Assembly (NCBI RefSeq): GCF_963676685.1 | Contig: NC_092345.1 | Location: 86,676,001-86,740,000, forward strand | DNA length: 64,000 bases | Direction: 5' to 3' | Origin: Mytilus edulis | Taxonomy: Eukaryota | Part shown: positions 51,241-64,000 of the stretch, in pieces | How positions within the stretch are numbered: the first letter of the stretch is position 1 | How the letters are laid out: each line of letters starts with the position of its first letter | Position numbers and translations under genes: made by a program | The notes under the pieces: generated by a model | Database searches by the model: none | What the model was told of the DNA's origin: nothing | What the model saw: the letters and a program-made list of their open reading frames with translations, nothing else

Positions 51241-53824
51241 TCCTTCAAGCAGTTTAATTGTAAGGATACTGAGGTAGACAATACAAATTCAGATTGTGTC
51301 CATTCAGTATTTTATCATACTTTAACAGCCTGATCATGTTGATGTTGATAGTAACTTATAGATACATTTCCAGAGTTTTTTCTGAATCATCAGATGTTTT
51401 GCCTTTGGGGACTGACAGATTGGGAATGGATGAACCCTTATTCAAGGTATTTTTTTAGTGAAGGATATATATAATGACTAGGCATTTTTCTTGTAGACAC
51501 ACCAAAAATTTGAGAAACTAGCGATTGGCATTAAATAATAATTGGTATTGAATTATTTTGTGTTTACATGTGACGCACATTAATACATGACAAGATATTA
51601 AGAGAATTAATCCAACATTTTCTGTTTAATTTTCGTCTATTGTAAATATATTTTTTTTTATTTTCAAATTAGTTAGCGTTAGATTTTTATAATTCTTTTC
51701 ATTTGTTTTTTTAATGGTAATTTAAATGAGACCAACTCTTTATTAAGTTCCAATTAATTCTCATCATCTTATTTTGAAGTTGCATTTATTGGAGATACAA
51801 AGAGTTCACATACTATCATGAGTAATTCACGGATTATGATGTAAATGTTACCTTATCGAGGTGTAATACCACCAATTCATAGTACGTCTCATCCGGTTGC
51901 GACTAGTGGGAGATGATTTTTTTTTCTAATTCTGAACATTTTTTCTGAAAGCTTTGAAAAAAACAACGCATACCAAGAGGTAAAACTCGCTATAAAACTA
52001 GGTTTTGTCCAATATTTTTAGCATAAGAATATGTCTGCATAAAGTCGGAAATATAACAGGAATATAACAGTCTTTATCTATTCGTGGATGTGTTAGAGCT
52101 TTAATTTTGCAATTTGATAAGGGACGTTCCGTTTTGGATTTTCCAAAAAGTTATATATTTTTTTATTTTACTTAATTCAGAGGATTTAACTAATAGCTAA
52201 AACTCTAGAAAAGTTGGATTCTTAAATCATATTTAGAGAAAAATATACAATAAATTCCCATGGGTGAAATTTTATGTAATAACATAAGTTAATGTCTGTC
52301 TACAGGTAAATGGGTAGTATTTCATGAATATTCATGATGAGCACAAAAATACAATACGTATATGGTGTTAATTGAGGATCAGTTTAAGATAAGTCATAAT
52401 ATAAAGATGATCATATTTGTTTCTCATATTGTCTTTCAATGGTGCTTCTTAATGAAAATTATACGATGCCTTCGCATCGCCATATAGACAAATAAGTAAT
52501 TATAAAATGATTTTCTGTCAAAAGTTATTATACAACTTAGAAAGTAAGGGGTCAGAACGTTTACTTGACTTTAACACAAATACGGCTAAACAATACGCAA
52601 GTATAGATACAAATTAACCATTGCTACATGATGTGCATTTAATGCATCAATTAATGGATAAACCTTGCTTTGTAAATTAATTGTTTATATGACAATAAAA
52701 GAAAAAGAATAACAAAAATACGGAACTCCAATTTAAATTTAAAAAGGGGTAGCCCATTAAAAGTGGCAAAATCAAACGATACATTTTATCAATCTACTGA
52801 AAGAATGAGAAACATGTATTTTTGATTTGATAACGAGATTTTTCGAAGAAAAGGGTGGATTACCATAGCATAATAGCTCGATTAACCCCCCTCTTGTATG
52901 ACAATAAAATTGAGAGTATCAAACAGTACTTCTACAAGAAGCGATTCTATTCATTTATTGACACAGAGATTTTTCTCACCTGTGAGCATTAAAGAGGCCA
53001 TTAAATTCTGAAAATAAGACAATTGCTTTTTAATTCAATTTAGTGGACAAGGCCTCAAAATAGTCGTGAAACTTATATTAACTGATAGTTATCCAACTTT
53101 GTACAACATATCAGTGATCTATCATTAGAAGATTCTTTCAAACTAAATTAGGCTGTCAATAAACAAATGTTGACGCCGTCGCCATTGTCGCCAGATAATG
53201 TGTCTGGTTTTCCGCGACTTTCGTCGCAGGCGTGTAGAAATGAAACCTTAATAATATTTGGTATGACTATCTATGATGTTCAGACCCCAAAAATGTAAAC
53301 ACAACTTGAAATATATTAACCATCGTAGTACTTAATAATACATTTAGAAGTATCCAAAAATTTAAAAAAGATAAACAAACCAGAAAAAACTAATAAATAA
53401 ATACGAAATAATTGATAAAATTTGTTTGTTCCCCTTTAATTTTCATTAGAAGAGTTAAAAGCTGACATAAATCTAAGATAATGCGAAACACCATATCTTT
53501 TAAAGGGGTTTTTAAGAAAGGTTAACGTTCAACTTGTATCTCTTGGTAGTTCCATAAGTATGCCATACCTTTTCAGAAAGGTCTGCGTTGAAGCTATTGT
53601 TGATAGTTATATAAATTAACGTAGTCATTTTTACTGAAGAACGAAACATAAAAAAGGGAACATTAGTTGAGGAGAGTGGCAACATGTCGTTTTTCTATCA
53701 TGCACAATAAAGCGATGATCTTTAAAAAGCACAGTTTTCTGGCTCAACGTTTTAATGTGTATATTCTGATGAAGCGAATGATACGCTACCGTGCGATAAA
53801 CAGTACGGCACATAGTTAGTTGAA

Positions 53825-53945
53825 ATCGTATCACGAGATGAGGACTTATTGCATCGCTTTTGGTTCTGTTGTTTAGGACGGAATTGTCTCAAGTATGGTG
53901 TTCCTAAAGGATCGCTCCTGGGACCAAACCTTTATTGCATTTCTT
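53825..53945 (+). mobile_element. Tiny LINE RT fragment (CR1/L2 group)
   Basis: LKYGVPKGSLLGPNLYCI matches the GVPQGSxLGP RT motif. Confidence 0.65.
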
Positions 53946-55158
53946 TTAATATTTTATTTTATTTGTATGTTTTTTATTGTTAAATTTTTATTTTATCATG
54001 CCTATTTTTTTAAATTTTGTTGTTTATTAGTAAATATAATAGAATAGTTGTATGCAATATATTTTAAATCAATTATTATAAATATTTATAGTCAACATAT
54101 GTGTGTGAACTGATATATGTTGTAAATCGCTTCGGACGATTTTTATTATATAAATTAAATGCTCTGTCATAAATACTGTCTGATATCTGGGACTATTATA
54201 CTATCATTATAGTATGTCCCAGATGATACTTATAAAAACAATATGTTAGGCTTTTGAATCTTTTGAGCGCAAACAGTGCATTTGTTTTTGAATTTAATTA
54301 ACTTCAATCTAATACACAGATGTACATGATAGGTTATAAATTACCCTTTGTAAGGCATTGTGGACCGTGACATATGTTGTTAACGTTACAGGCGATATGG
54401 ACATAGTATAAACAGGCACTGCACAGTCCTGCGACATGTAGTTTATATTGGTTCCGATAACAGGTAAGTTTTGAAACAAGTTATTTTGAAAGTCGTAGGT
54501 ACGTTGACCTGTAGTTACTAACTTCATCCGCATTTGGTTTCATATGAAAATTTGTCTTACTGACATTCAAACTCCCCGGCAGTTCCAACTCAGATCCACA
54601 TACTGCTCTACACTAATTGATGGAGTAAAGGAAAATAGTTCTGGAACGGAAACGATCACTGTACGGAGTTTGGCTGACAATCGTACAACATCATATTATA
54701 CTAAGCACTGATATGAATATCGAGTAGATAAAATAAGATATTAAAACATATACATAGTTCAGATAAGTCATTCCGGATTATCAAAGTTTAATAATACAAA
54801 TCGACAAAGAAATACTGAAAATTAATTAATTTCGTCATGAATATGAACTGAAGTATTTCGCACTGAGCTTTAACCAAGCAATGATCAATCTAGCAATCTA
54901 TATATTATATATACTGACTAGAAAATGCACATGTATCAACTGGTTTTTCCGACTTGGAACAACGTAATTTTATTAATTCTATGAAGTTGGCTTATAACAC
55001 AGGTCGCAATGTCCTTCTTACTTCCTTTGAAATTATGTAATTCTACCTTTACGAATATTAAAGAAGTAATTTGCTTAATTTTGCTATTTTTTACCATAAA
55101 AATGGAACTTTATTCTGATAAAAAAGTACATTTGTTTTTGTTATTTTTAGAAACAAAT

Positions 55159-55216
55159 ATGCAGTTCAAGCTTACAACATTGGTGCTATTCCAGCTGATT
55201 TTAGTTTGCAGCACAT
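55159..55216 (+). CDS. Cys-rich protein signal-peptide exon
   Basis: Acceptor at 55150, ATG at 55159, hydrophobic LVLFQLILV, donor T|GTAAGT. Confidence 0.78.
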
Positions 55217-58200
55217 GTAAGTAATAATCAGTTTACTCGTTTTAACAATTATGACCTATGTAAACATTAGACCGTTAGTTTTCTCGTTTGAATGGTTTTA
55301 CACTAATAATTTTGGAGCCCTTTATAGCTTGCGTGTTGAAGGCCGTACATTGACCTATAATTGTTTACTTTAACAAATTGTTATTTGGATGGAGAGTTGT
55401 TTCATTGGCACTCGTACCACATCTTCCTATATCTATATACGTAAATATATGTAACAAGAACCCAACGCGTAGTACTGTTTGTTCTGTTCAGATCATTTAT
55501 GTACTTACAAATGTTTGATGTATTAAGTATTCTAAATTTTTGGTCTAATAAATACCTGTTGAATGTTTGCCTGGCGCCGTTCTGGTGTTTAAGCTATTCC
55601 ATTGAAGTTACCAGCAAACTGTACTCCCGAATAGGCAACTATTCTCAATTGACAGTTTACATTTGTCTATCCTTTATAAGACACAGTTACAAAATCTTAA
55701 TTTAACACGATTATTTAATGATCAATACCATTGTCTTTGAAATTCGAGAATAATGAGTGTAACAATATGAAAAAAGTAAAATAACAAACATACCGAACTG
55801 CGGGGAAATTCTAAACGGAAAGCTCATAGCAAAATGCAAAATCTAAAGCTCAAACACATCAAATGAAGGGATAACAACTGTCAAATTCCTGACTTTGTAC
55901 GTACATTTTCTGATGTAAAAAATGGTGGAATAAACATAGTATTTTAGTAAGCTAAACCTTTAACATGTATCACAGTCGCATTACAACTCCATAATATTGA
56001 CAACGATTTGTGAACAAAACAAACAGACAATCACATAATATGCAAAATGTTAAAAATAGGGGTACCCCTTTATGTTTAAAATATAACGAAATAATATACA
56101 GGATATCAACAAAAAAAATCCTCAAAAAGATAAGAGGTTTATAATTTTGAAATAAGCTTTGCTTTTTATTTGGTAATATCTCTGTATTTTTTATGACAAT
56201 AAAATTAAAATCAAGGTAGTTGACATTGCGATTCGAATAGGCAAATTTGTTCCTACATTGTGGTATTAGTACCAATGAGACAACTCTCCATACAAGTCAC
56301 AATTTTTAAAGTAAACCATTATAGGACAAAGTACGGTCTTCAACACGGAGCCCTGGCTCACACCGCACAGCTATAAAGGGTCTCAAAAAATTACTAGTGT
56401 AAAACCATTCAAACGGGAAAAAAACAACGGTCTAATCTATATAATAAAAAAAAAACGGGAAACGAGAAACACTTATGAACCACATCAACAAACGAAAACT
56501 ACTGAACATCAGATTCCGGACTTAGGACAAACGATTAAATGGGGTTAAACGTTTAAATGGTATCAAACCTTCAAACTTATCTGAAATTATAGTGAAACTT
56601 CACAACATAGAAAGAAACATTATAAAATGTCAATTGAAAAGGCTTAAATATCAATTGTTAATGTCTGTGTCATTTTGGTCTCTTGTGGACAGTTGTCTCA
56701 TTGGCAATCATACCACATCTTCTTTTTTTATATTAACTCAATCAAAAGACATATTAACATATTTGAACATACACTGAACGTATAAATATGATCTATGATA
56801 CAATTTAAATACAAAATCAATAAAATAAGGGATGAATAATTAGAGTAATTTAAGTATTTTACACTTTGAAATGTAAAACAATTTCATAAAAAACAACAGT
56901 AAACTTTAACCAAAATTCGCCATTTGCAATAATATTATACACATGTAATTGAAAATAATTTTGTTTTTAGGTATACTGTTTGAAAGGAGAAATGAAGTAT
57001 TCTTACAAAATAAATAGTTTTGAAAAAGAAGTGAAAATTAAAAAAAATATCAAACACTTATCAAAGCTGGTATACAGACTAGATATAACCTTGAATAAAT
57101 AAACATTAAATAACAAAAAAGCATTAATAGATAAAAATGAACGTGGGTGTGGTTTATACATCCCGTTAGAAAAGAATACAAATTTAGTTATGTTTTAATT
57201 TGCTGACGACAAAATCGATATAGTATTGTTTATATAAAGTAGCAACTTTACCTGACCATATAGGAAAATAGGTATTTAGTCGGATCTTAACACGTACTTG
57301 TGATTTGGTTAAAGGTGGCACGGTAGTATTTCCTGGCCCATAGGGATAATGATAGCCTTTTTAGAATTTTCACCACTTTCTAACACTGCAAAAAAATCTA
57401 CACTCACACTTAACTGAAGTACTTTCATTTTACTATTCAGAAATGAATTTTAATATGTATCATGACCGTTTACTTTTTTTGCTATTTTTAGAAACCTAAG
57501 GCCACTAGTAATTTTAGGTCTTTTATGGTGCAGTGAATACAAAATTTAAAAAAATTCTCAAAAATTCATTTTCATCTGTATGTAAAATTATTTCATATTT
57601 TTCTACACCTGATTCATCCCTCAGTTTGGGAAAGTATGTTCAGTTGATACTGTATTTTTTGTCCAATCACACTGTTTAGATACATTTACCTAAGTAGGGT
57701 ACACAAAAGAGCAACCTAAATTTTGGAATGCAAATACTACCGTGCCACCTTAACCAAGACATAACAAACTTGAAACCAGTCATGACACCTATGATGCATA
57801 GACTTCTTACTTTGGAACATATTACAATAAAGAATACTAGTCTGCACTCATTTCTTATAAAAAAAAATGAAACATTACATCCCTACCCCATCTGGCAGAT
57901 TTTCACTTTTTTTCATCTTACCATTTTTACTTAAGAAGTGAACAAAACCCAAATATATGATGTTTCAAATCAACACAGATGTCAAACATTGTGATTTAGG
58001 AGGAATTATTGGATTGCCAACTCTGTTTATGGTTAATCTGAGTAAAAGAAACAGTTTAATCACCAAATCATGAAAACTGATATTAAAGTCCATTCCACAT
58101 TTTACAGCATGCCTTACATTACTTTAAACATTTTCAGATTATGAGGGCAATACAACAAGAGTCTTTAGATTGCAGTTAACTATTATTCCGTAACCTGTTT

Positions 58201-61200
58201 GACAATACATGTACTAGAATACATCTCTAAGTTGACTGTTTGTCTATTTCTCATGTATGCATTAAGTTAAATTATGTCCCCTTACATAATCAATTTGCAT
58301 TTATTGTGCTTTTCACTGTCAGAAAATCTTAACAACTAATGGTATTTGCATGGAAAATGAATAAACCATTTAATCTTGCTGATATAGCATCATAAATACA
58401 TTCTTTGTCAAAAATAATGTCTATTCAATGTACAGAAACCCCTATTTCTATCTCTATTTCATACCAATATGAGAGCTAAATGAATAAGTAAGGACCCCTT
58501 AACCACTTACTGGTTCCCCAAAAGCTCCTACTGGTGTCATGTAACATCAGAACTACTAATTAAACCTTAAGAAAGCTAGTATAGCTGTACTTATGTTGAA
58601 AAAAATAAGAAATTATGCAATTTATTTATTTCGGTGAAAATAATAGGATGAACATGCAACCGTAGAATGTCGCGTCTCAAATTTCAGTGGTTGCACATGT
58701 GTCAGACACTGCGAAAAGTTAAAGCGAGCATTTATAATTAAAAATGTATTGCAAGTTACATAAAAATAATGAAGTTCTACTTTCTATGAAAATTTTTACA
58801 TTATTACCTACAGATCAGGCAAAATTTGCTGAATCAGCAATTTTTACTCTCTGGGGTGGAATTTAAGGCTTGTTTTATCATAGTTGCCCTTCATCAACTT
58901 TTTATTGATAAACTTACAAATTGCATAGGTAAAAAAAGTTCCTTCATTGATTTAGTGTAAAAATATATATCCCCCTTAAGGTGGCACGGTAGTATTTCCT
59001 GGCCCATAGGGATAATGATAGCCTTTTTAGAATTTTCACCACTTTCTAACACTGCAAAAAAATCTACACTCACACTTAACTGAAGTACTTTCATTTTACT
59101 ATTCAGAAATGAATTTTAATATGTATCATGACCGTTTACTTTTTTTGCTATTTTTAGAAACCTAAGGCCACTAGTAATTTTAGGTCTTTTATGGTGCAGT
59201 GAATACAAAATTTAATAAAATTCTCAAAAATTCATTTTCATCTGTATGTAAAATTATTTCATATTTTTCTACACCTGATTCATCCCTCAGTTTGGGAAAG
59301 TATGTTCAGTTGATACTGTATTTTTTGTCCAATCACACTGTTTAGATACATTTACCTAAGTAGGGTACACAAAAGAGCAACCTAAATTTTGGAATGCAAA
59401 TACTACCGTGCCACCTAAAACCGGTTTTGTTCAAAATATACGAAGAAATGTCGAAATGTTCAGGACTAAATTAAATCCGTATTTCGGTAGGATGGTGCAA
59501 GCATACGATTTTTATTGCGTCTTACACTTTGAGAAGCGAATAATCTTCAACTACTTTATTCAAATATTGTGTAAAAACGTTAATTTTGAGCTATGAAAGT
59601 CAAGTGGCTCAGTTTTTTTCTGAGGAAGTTTTAAAAAATTGCAAAGAAATATTTTTACATTGGGTTAGCTTTCATTAGTCTTAACTATCTATAGATTAAC
59701 AACTTTTGGTTATATTTATAATTTAAAATCATCATTGAAGGTGGGGGACGATTTCGCAGATAATTAATTATATTGATGTGCCATTTGTATGCAAGAGTGA
59801 CATTTCGTTGTATTATGTGCCAATTCGAAAAAAGTTATGCGAGTATTCTCTCCCCTTAACAGGTTCATTATTTTATAATTAAGTTTAGGTTTCTGATATA
59901 ATTTTGAATAATTACAAAATGTATCAATTCAATATATTTCAGTTTGTGTTATTGGTGTATCAAAAACATTGATGTACGAATATAATTTCATAAATTTGAA
60001 ACGTTTAAAATGATTACATACCAATATAAAGAACCGTTCATCATTTTTGAAAAAGACTATGAACGAAAATCGAGTTATTTATCTTCCCTTGGTGACAGAT
60101 TGATTGGGAAATGAACCAGCGTAATATAATGGTAATTTTTAATTGTAGCTTATTCAACGTTAAAACAATTTTCCAATATAAACGAATGTTACTTTATACT
60201 AATATAAGGACTTTGTTAGCTAAATCTACAAATTTTATTAGATATTATAATTTTTTATTGCAATAGATTAATATGCTATATAAAGAGTTCATTTTGATCG
60301 AATGAACAAATATACGTTGACAACCATCTGTGAAATGCCAAAATAACTTGTTCAACTGAAATATTTACAAGTATAAACAGATGCATTTTTCTATTTGGGT
60401 TGATCTTCAAATTAGCAGTTTGACGTAGACATTATATGTTCAATTCAATTCAGTTTTATTTAAATTCGATATTTAATAAACTATATAAAAACAAGCTCTG
60501 GTGAGTAATTCAAATTGACTAAATTTCAAAATGTGTACAAACATTCCCAGACTAAATCCATTGGATGTTGGATGTGTACTGATTGATAATTAAGTCTTAG
60601 ATCAATGATGTTTTTATTAGTTGTTATTGACTTTGAACTAGCTGTCACTAACTGTCAGTAACTGTGAGTACTCTCAGATCTATAATAAGTGTCTTTCTGT
60701 TGATGGATGTACAAGTACCCGGCCACGTCCACTCTGTGTTTTGTAAGATGTATATCTATTTGTATCTACCTGATTGTTGTAGCTTGATCTTAACTTCTTA
60801 TATAGTTCTGTTACACCACTGTCACAGGTAAGGGGGATCCCGTTAACATGTTTAACCCCGCAACATTCTGTATGTATGTGTCTATCCCTGTCTGGAGCCT
60901 TTAATTCAGTCGTTTGTTGCTGTTTTACATATTTGTTTTTTGTTCATTTTATTGTACATAAATTAGGCCGTTAGTTGTCTCGTTTGAATAGTTTTTACAT
61001 ATTTATTTCGGGACTTTTTATAAGTGAATAAGTGGTATGGGCTTTGCCCGATGTACTGTTACTTATTGTAGTTAATTTCTGTGTCATTTTGGTCTAATGT
61101 GAAGAGTTGTCTCATTTGCATTCATACCAATCAATCTATCCTCGCGAATCGTTTTTAATACCAGATCAGAAAGGATAGAGGAATCCAACTACAAAAGGAT

Positions 61201-63398
61201 AGGTAACGACGACGGGTGAAACTACGTTAAATGAGATAGGTATAATGAGGTGGAGAGTCTAGTAAAATGTTAGAAATGGTAGTCGAAAATCTATTAATAC
61301 GGATAACAGAATAGGGGAGTAGTATTGCTTGACCTTTCCTATACTAGTATTTGTTAAAAATATAATACTCTTCAAATTCTTGCTGCTGAATTTGTTGGGA
61401 AATCACTTCTTGGTTTAGTTTACACTTCATATTTGAGTAGGTTAGTTACTTTTTGGTCTTTGGACATGATAAAAGGATGTGGGTGCTAATGAACTGATTT
61501 TTTTCTATGCAATCTAAAAAAAAATATAGGTTGCAACATCATGTACAGACGGTAGTATGCTGATTTCGAACTTGTTTAAAAAAAAAAAAGAGTAAATACT
61601 TTTTAAAATTACATCGGCAAATTCTTCTTAGTGTGATATCTAACTGTGAGACTTTGTAATACAAAACGGGCAATTTAAATCATACATCAGCAACAACAAA
61701 AAACAATGAATAATGCGTTCAAAATTAAAAAAAATGTAAAAATAGCCCTTAAACAATAACGAAAATTAACAATCCCGATTTTTCAAAACATGATCATATA
61801 CAACCTGCACAAAACCAACTACTGCTCTTAATTGTGTCAGACTAGCCAGAAACGGAAGCAATTAGTATCTTGACTTAACAACCCTCTATTACTGTCATTC
61901 ATCTAGGTCAGGATTTATTTAAAACAATATCAATGTGCTTCCATCTGGGATTCATTTGTCATTTATATTTTAAAAAATAGATTCAAGTGAGGATTATGGT
62001 GTTTGTAAAGTGTATAATACGGATGACAACCTTCCAGAAATCGTTGATGGACACAGACAATGTATAAAATCTGAGATGAGCACCTTTTGTATTGAATGGA
62101 CCTGTCCAGACCCCGAATGTGACAATCCTACAAAACCAGAGACAGGATGCCCCTTCTGTCAAGGTATGTATAGAAAATCATGTAATGTATCATATATGCA
62201 TGCAAAAATAATGTTTCGACAGTACTAGAGACATGTGTTCTAAAATACTATGTTAACATAATTTACCCCAAAAAAATCATTTCTTTCAGCTCAATGCTTA
62301 TGCGATTATTCTTCCGTACACAAGAAAGAATATGACCAATGCCATTGTCATATAAAAATCCGACACATATGTCTTCCTATCAAACGACGACGCTGCTGTA
62401 GACTATTTATTTAATGCTTTATAAACACAAAGGAAGAAGAGCTTTATAACCCAATTTTGTGTACAGATTCCTTATGATTTGAAATATTTTATTAGCATTT
62501 TCCCCGTGCTCTATAGGTTAACAATGATAGCTGGGCTGTTAAATATTGGGAAGGCGTATATGTCCATCAGACAGAGTTTAACTGACTTTTACAGCATTTC
62601 ATAATTATTGATCAACATAAACATTTGTGAATAGATAGGTTTTATATACATTTTTGTTAAGGGGCCAGGTGAAGTTCGTCTCCGGTGCGGTTGTTTCTAG
62701 CTGTATTGAAGACCCATCGGTGGCCTTCGACTGTTTTCTGCTCTTTGTTCTGGTTGTTGTCTCTTTGACACATTCCCAATTTCCATTCTCAATTTTATTA
62801 TAACAGTTGTTATAAGTTATAATCTTTTTGTGGTATATAGAAGGATTACAAGGTGTAGATGTCGGTCTGTCAAGATTGCAATGACCTTCATTTCAATGTA
62901 TGGTTCATTGAACAACAGAACGTTAAGCACTATTTACTACAAGTATATATGGTCTTAAAGACTATAGATTCATTGGTGTGTCGACATTACCGTCTAATAG
63001 TTTATATGTCAACTATTTTCGAAATACAGTTTGTAACTATTTTCGAAATTAAAGGCATAGTATGATGTATCATAGTTCTGTCTGGCGCTGATCACCTGAC
63101 CTCACCTCATTTTAGATACTACATTGTACATATATGTTGTCAAATATGATAATTATCTTATGTTTTAACTTTTCGCTTCATATATATACGTTATGGTAAA
63201 AGTGTTAGTGCTTATCATATGTTTCCTTTTTTAGGAGACTGCAGTTATGGCGGTAAAATATACAAAGAGAGAGAATCCTTCCCATGTGTGGACAACGTCA
63301 ATACCTGTCACTGTCTGGCAGGGGGTGTTATTGGATCATCATTAATTGCAGTAAATCCAGAATATATGTGTACCGCAAAGTTAGATAAATTATCATAA
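55159..63398 (+). CDS. Secreted cysteine-rich protein, 134 aa, with degenerate VWC/pacifastin-like modules; 3 coding exons
   Basis: join(55159-55216,61981-62163,63235-63398) = 405 nt, phase 1-1 GT-AG introns, open frame: MQFKLTTLVLFQLILVCSTYSSEDYGVCKVYNTDDNLPEIVDGHRQCIKSEMSTFCIEWTCPDPECDNPTKPETGCPFCQGDCSYGGKIYKERESFPCVDNVNTCHCLAGGVIGSSLIAVNPEYMCTAKLDKLS*. Confidence 0.85.
57314..57749. mobile_element. 436-bp Kolobok-like MITE, copy 1
   Basis: 18-bp perfect TIRs GGTGGCACGGTAGTATTT/AAATACTACCGTGCCACC; flanks TAAA (left) and TTAA (right). Confidence 0.93.
58980..59415. mobile_element. 436-bp Kolobok-like MITE, copy 2 (direct repeat of copy 1)
   Basis: Same TIRs and one substitution seen versus copy 1; flanks TTAA (left) and TAAA (right). 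Confidence 0.93.
61981..62163 (+). CDS. Cys-rich protein exon 2
   Basis: aatag| acceptor; 7 Cys ending CPFC; G|GTATGT donor. Confidence 0.87.
63235..63398 (+). CDS. Cys-rich protein exon 3
   Basis: tttttag| acceptor; CSYGGKIY...SFPCVDNVNTCHC; TAA stop. Confidence 0.87.
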
Positions 63399-63749
63399 GT
63401 TTTATTGAACTTTTCTTGTTTATTTCACAGAAAAATACAAATGATAATGGCATTACATCACGCAGCATTTTTTGTTGCTATTGATATAACCGATAAGTAA
63501 CGAATAGAGTATGATCTAACTCCCTTTGCAATATTGAACCCAGTTCTGATATTAGTTTATAGTCCTTTATAGTCACAAAGCTCTTCATACGTTTCGGATC
63601 TTATAGAATGGCTAAATATTTTAGCTCTGAGCGTGTCTGATGAAAGTAAATCACGACGCATAACATTTATTAAGTGTTATTTTCATTTTATAAAGGAATA
63701 CTTTGCCTGTTTCAGACAGTTTCACCATTTATTAATTGCTATTAATAAT

Positions 63750-64000
63750 TTTAATTTTCAAATTATAGATTTCCCCCACCTTAGTAGCAATATACAAACT
63801 TCACCTGCATATGGGATATATATTTCCCAACTTATTCGATATTCAAGAGCTTGCAGCTCCTACTCAGACTTTGTAAAACGTCATCAGTGTCTGAGTATAA
63901 AGTTGATGAACCAGGGGTATGTCAAAGAACGTCTCGTCCTTTTTCAAAAAAAAAAGTCCATCGGAAGGTACCAAGACCTTGTTGATAAATATTCCGTATT
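63750..64000 (+). mobile_element. PLE RT C-terminal fragment running off the window end
   Basis: FNFQIIDFPHLSSNIQTSPAYGIYISQLIRYSRACSSYSDFVKRHQCLSIKLMNQGYVKERL. Confidence 0.8.

Noticed and set aside
54310-54700. GC-richer island with a CAG|GTAAGT donor at 54463
   Set aside because: Stops occur in the frames read and no domain was recognised. It might be a 5' UTR exon or a relic but cannot be supported.
63625-63660. CTGATGA hammerhead-like start upstream of the terminal PLE fragment
   Set aside because: No stem II or correctly placed GAAA; too degenerate to call a ribozyme.

Overview
AT-rich eukaryotic genomic DNA with long introns and many transposon relics. The interspersed repeat families look like those of a bivalve mollusc such as Mytilus (recalled resemblance, not a database search). 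Two intact multi-exon genes were reconstructed by hand from GT-AG sites and reading-frame continuity. The first is a 13-coding-exon class B1 (secretin-family, PTH-receptor-like) GPCR, + strand, 2063-29821, about 525 aa. The second is a 3-coding-exon secreted 134-aa cysteine-rich VWC/pacifastin-like protein, + strand, 55159-63398. Between them lies an old ~3-kb tandem duplication whose two copies carry a decayed death-fold-like ORF, and each copy was independently invaded by different DNA transposons. Mobile content includes a truncated LINE, Penelope-like RT fragments, dispersed hammerhead-ribozyme-bearing repeats, a DIRS-type tyrosine recombinase relic, a 3-kb CACTG element with long TIRs, Kolobok-like (TTAA) and Ginger-like MITEs, and hairpin-ended elements. 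The most unusual structure is at 57314-59415: two near-identical 436-bp MITEs in direct orientation with swapped flanks (TAAA outside, TTAA inside), which suggests a composite transposon carrying 1.2 kb of cargo. No rRNA, tRNA or CRISPR array was seen.
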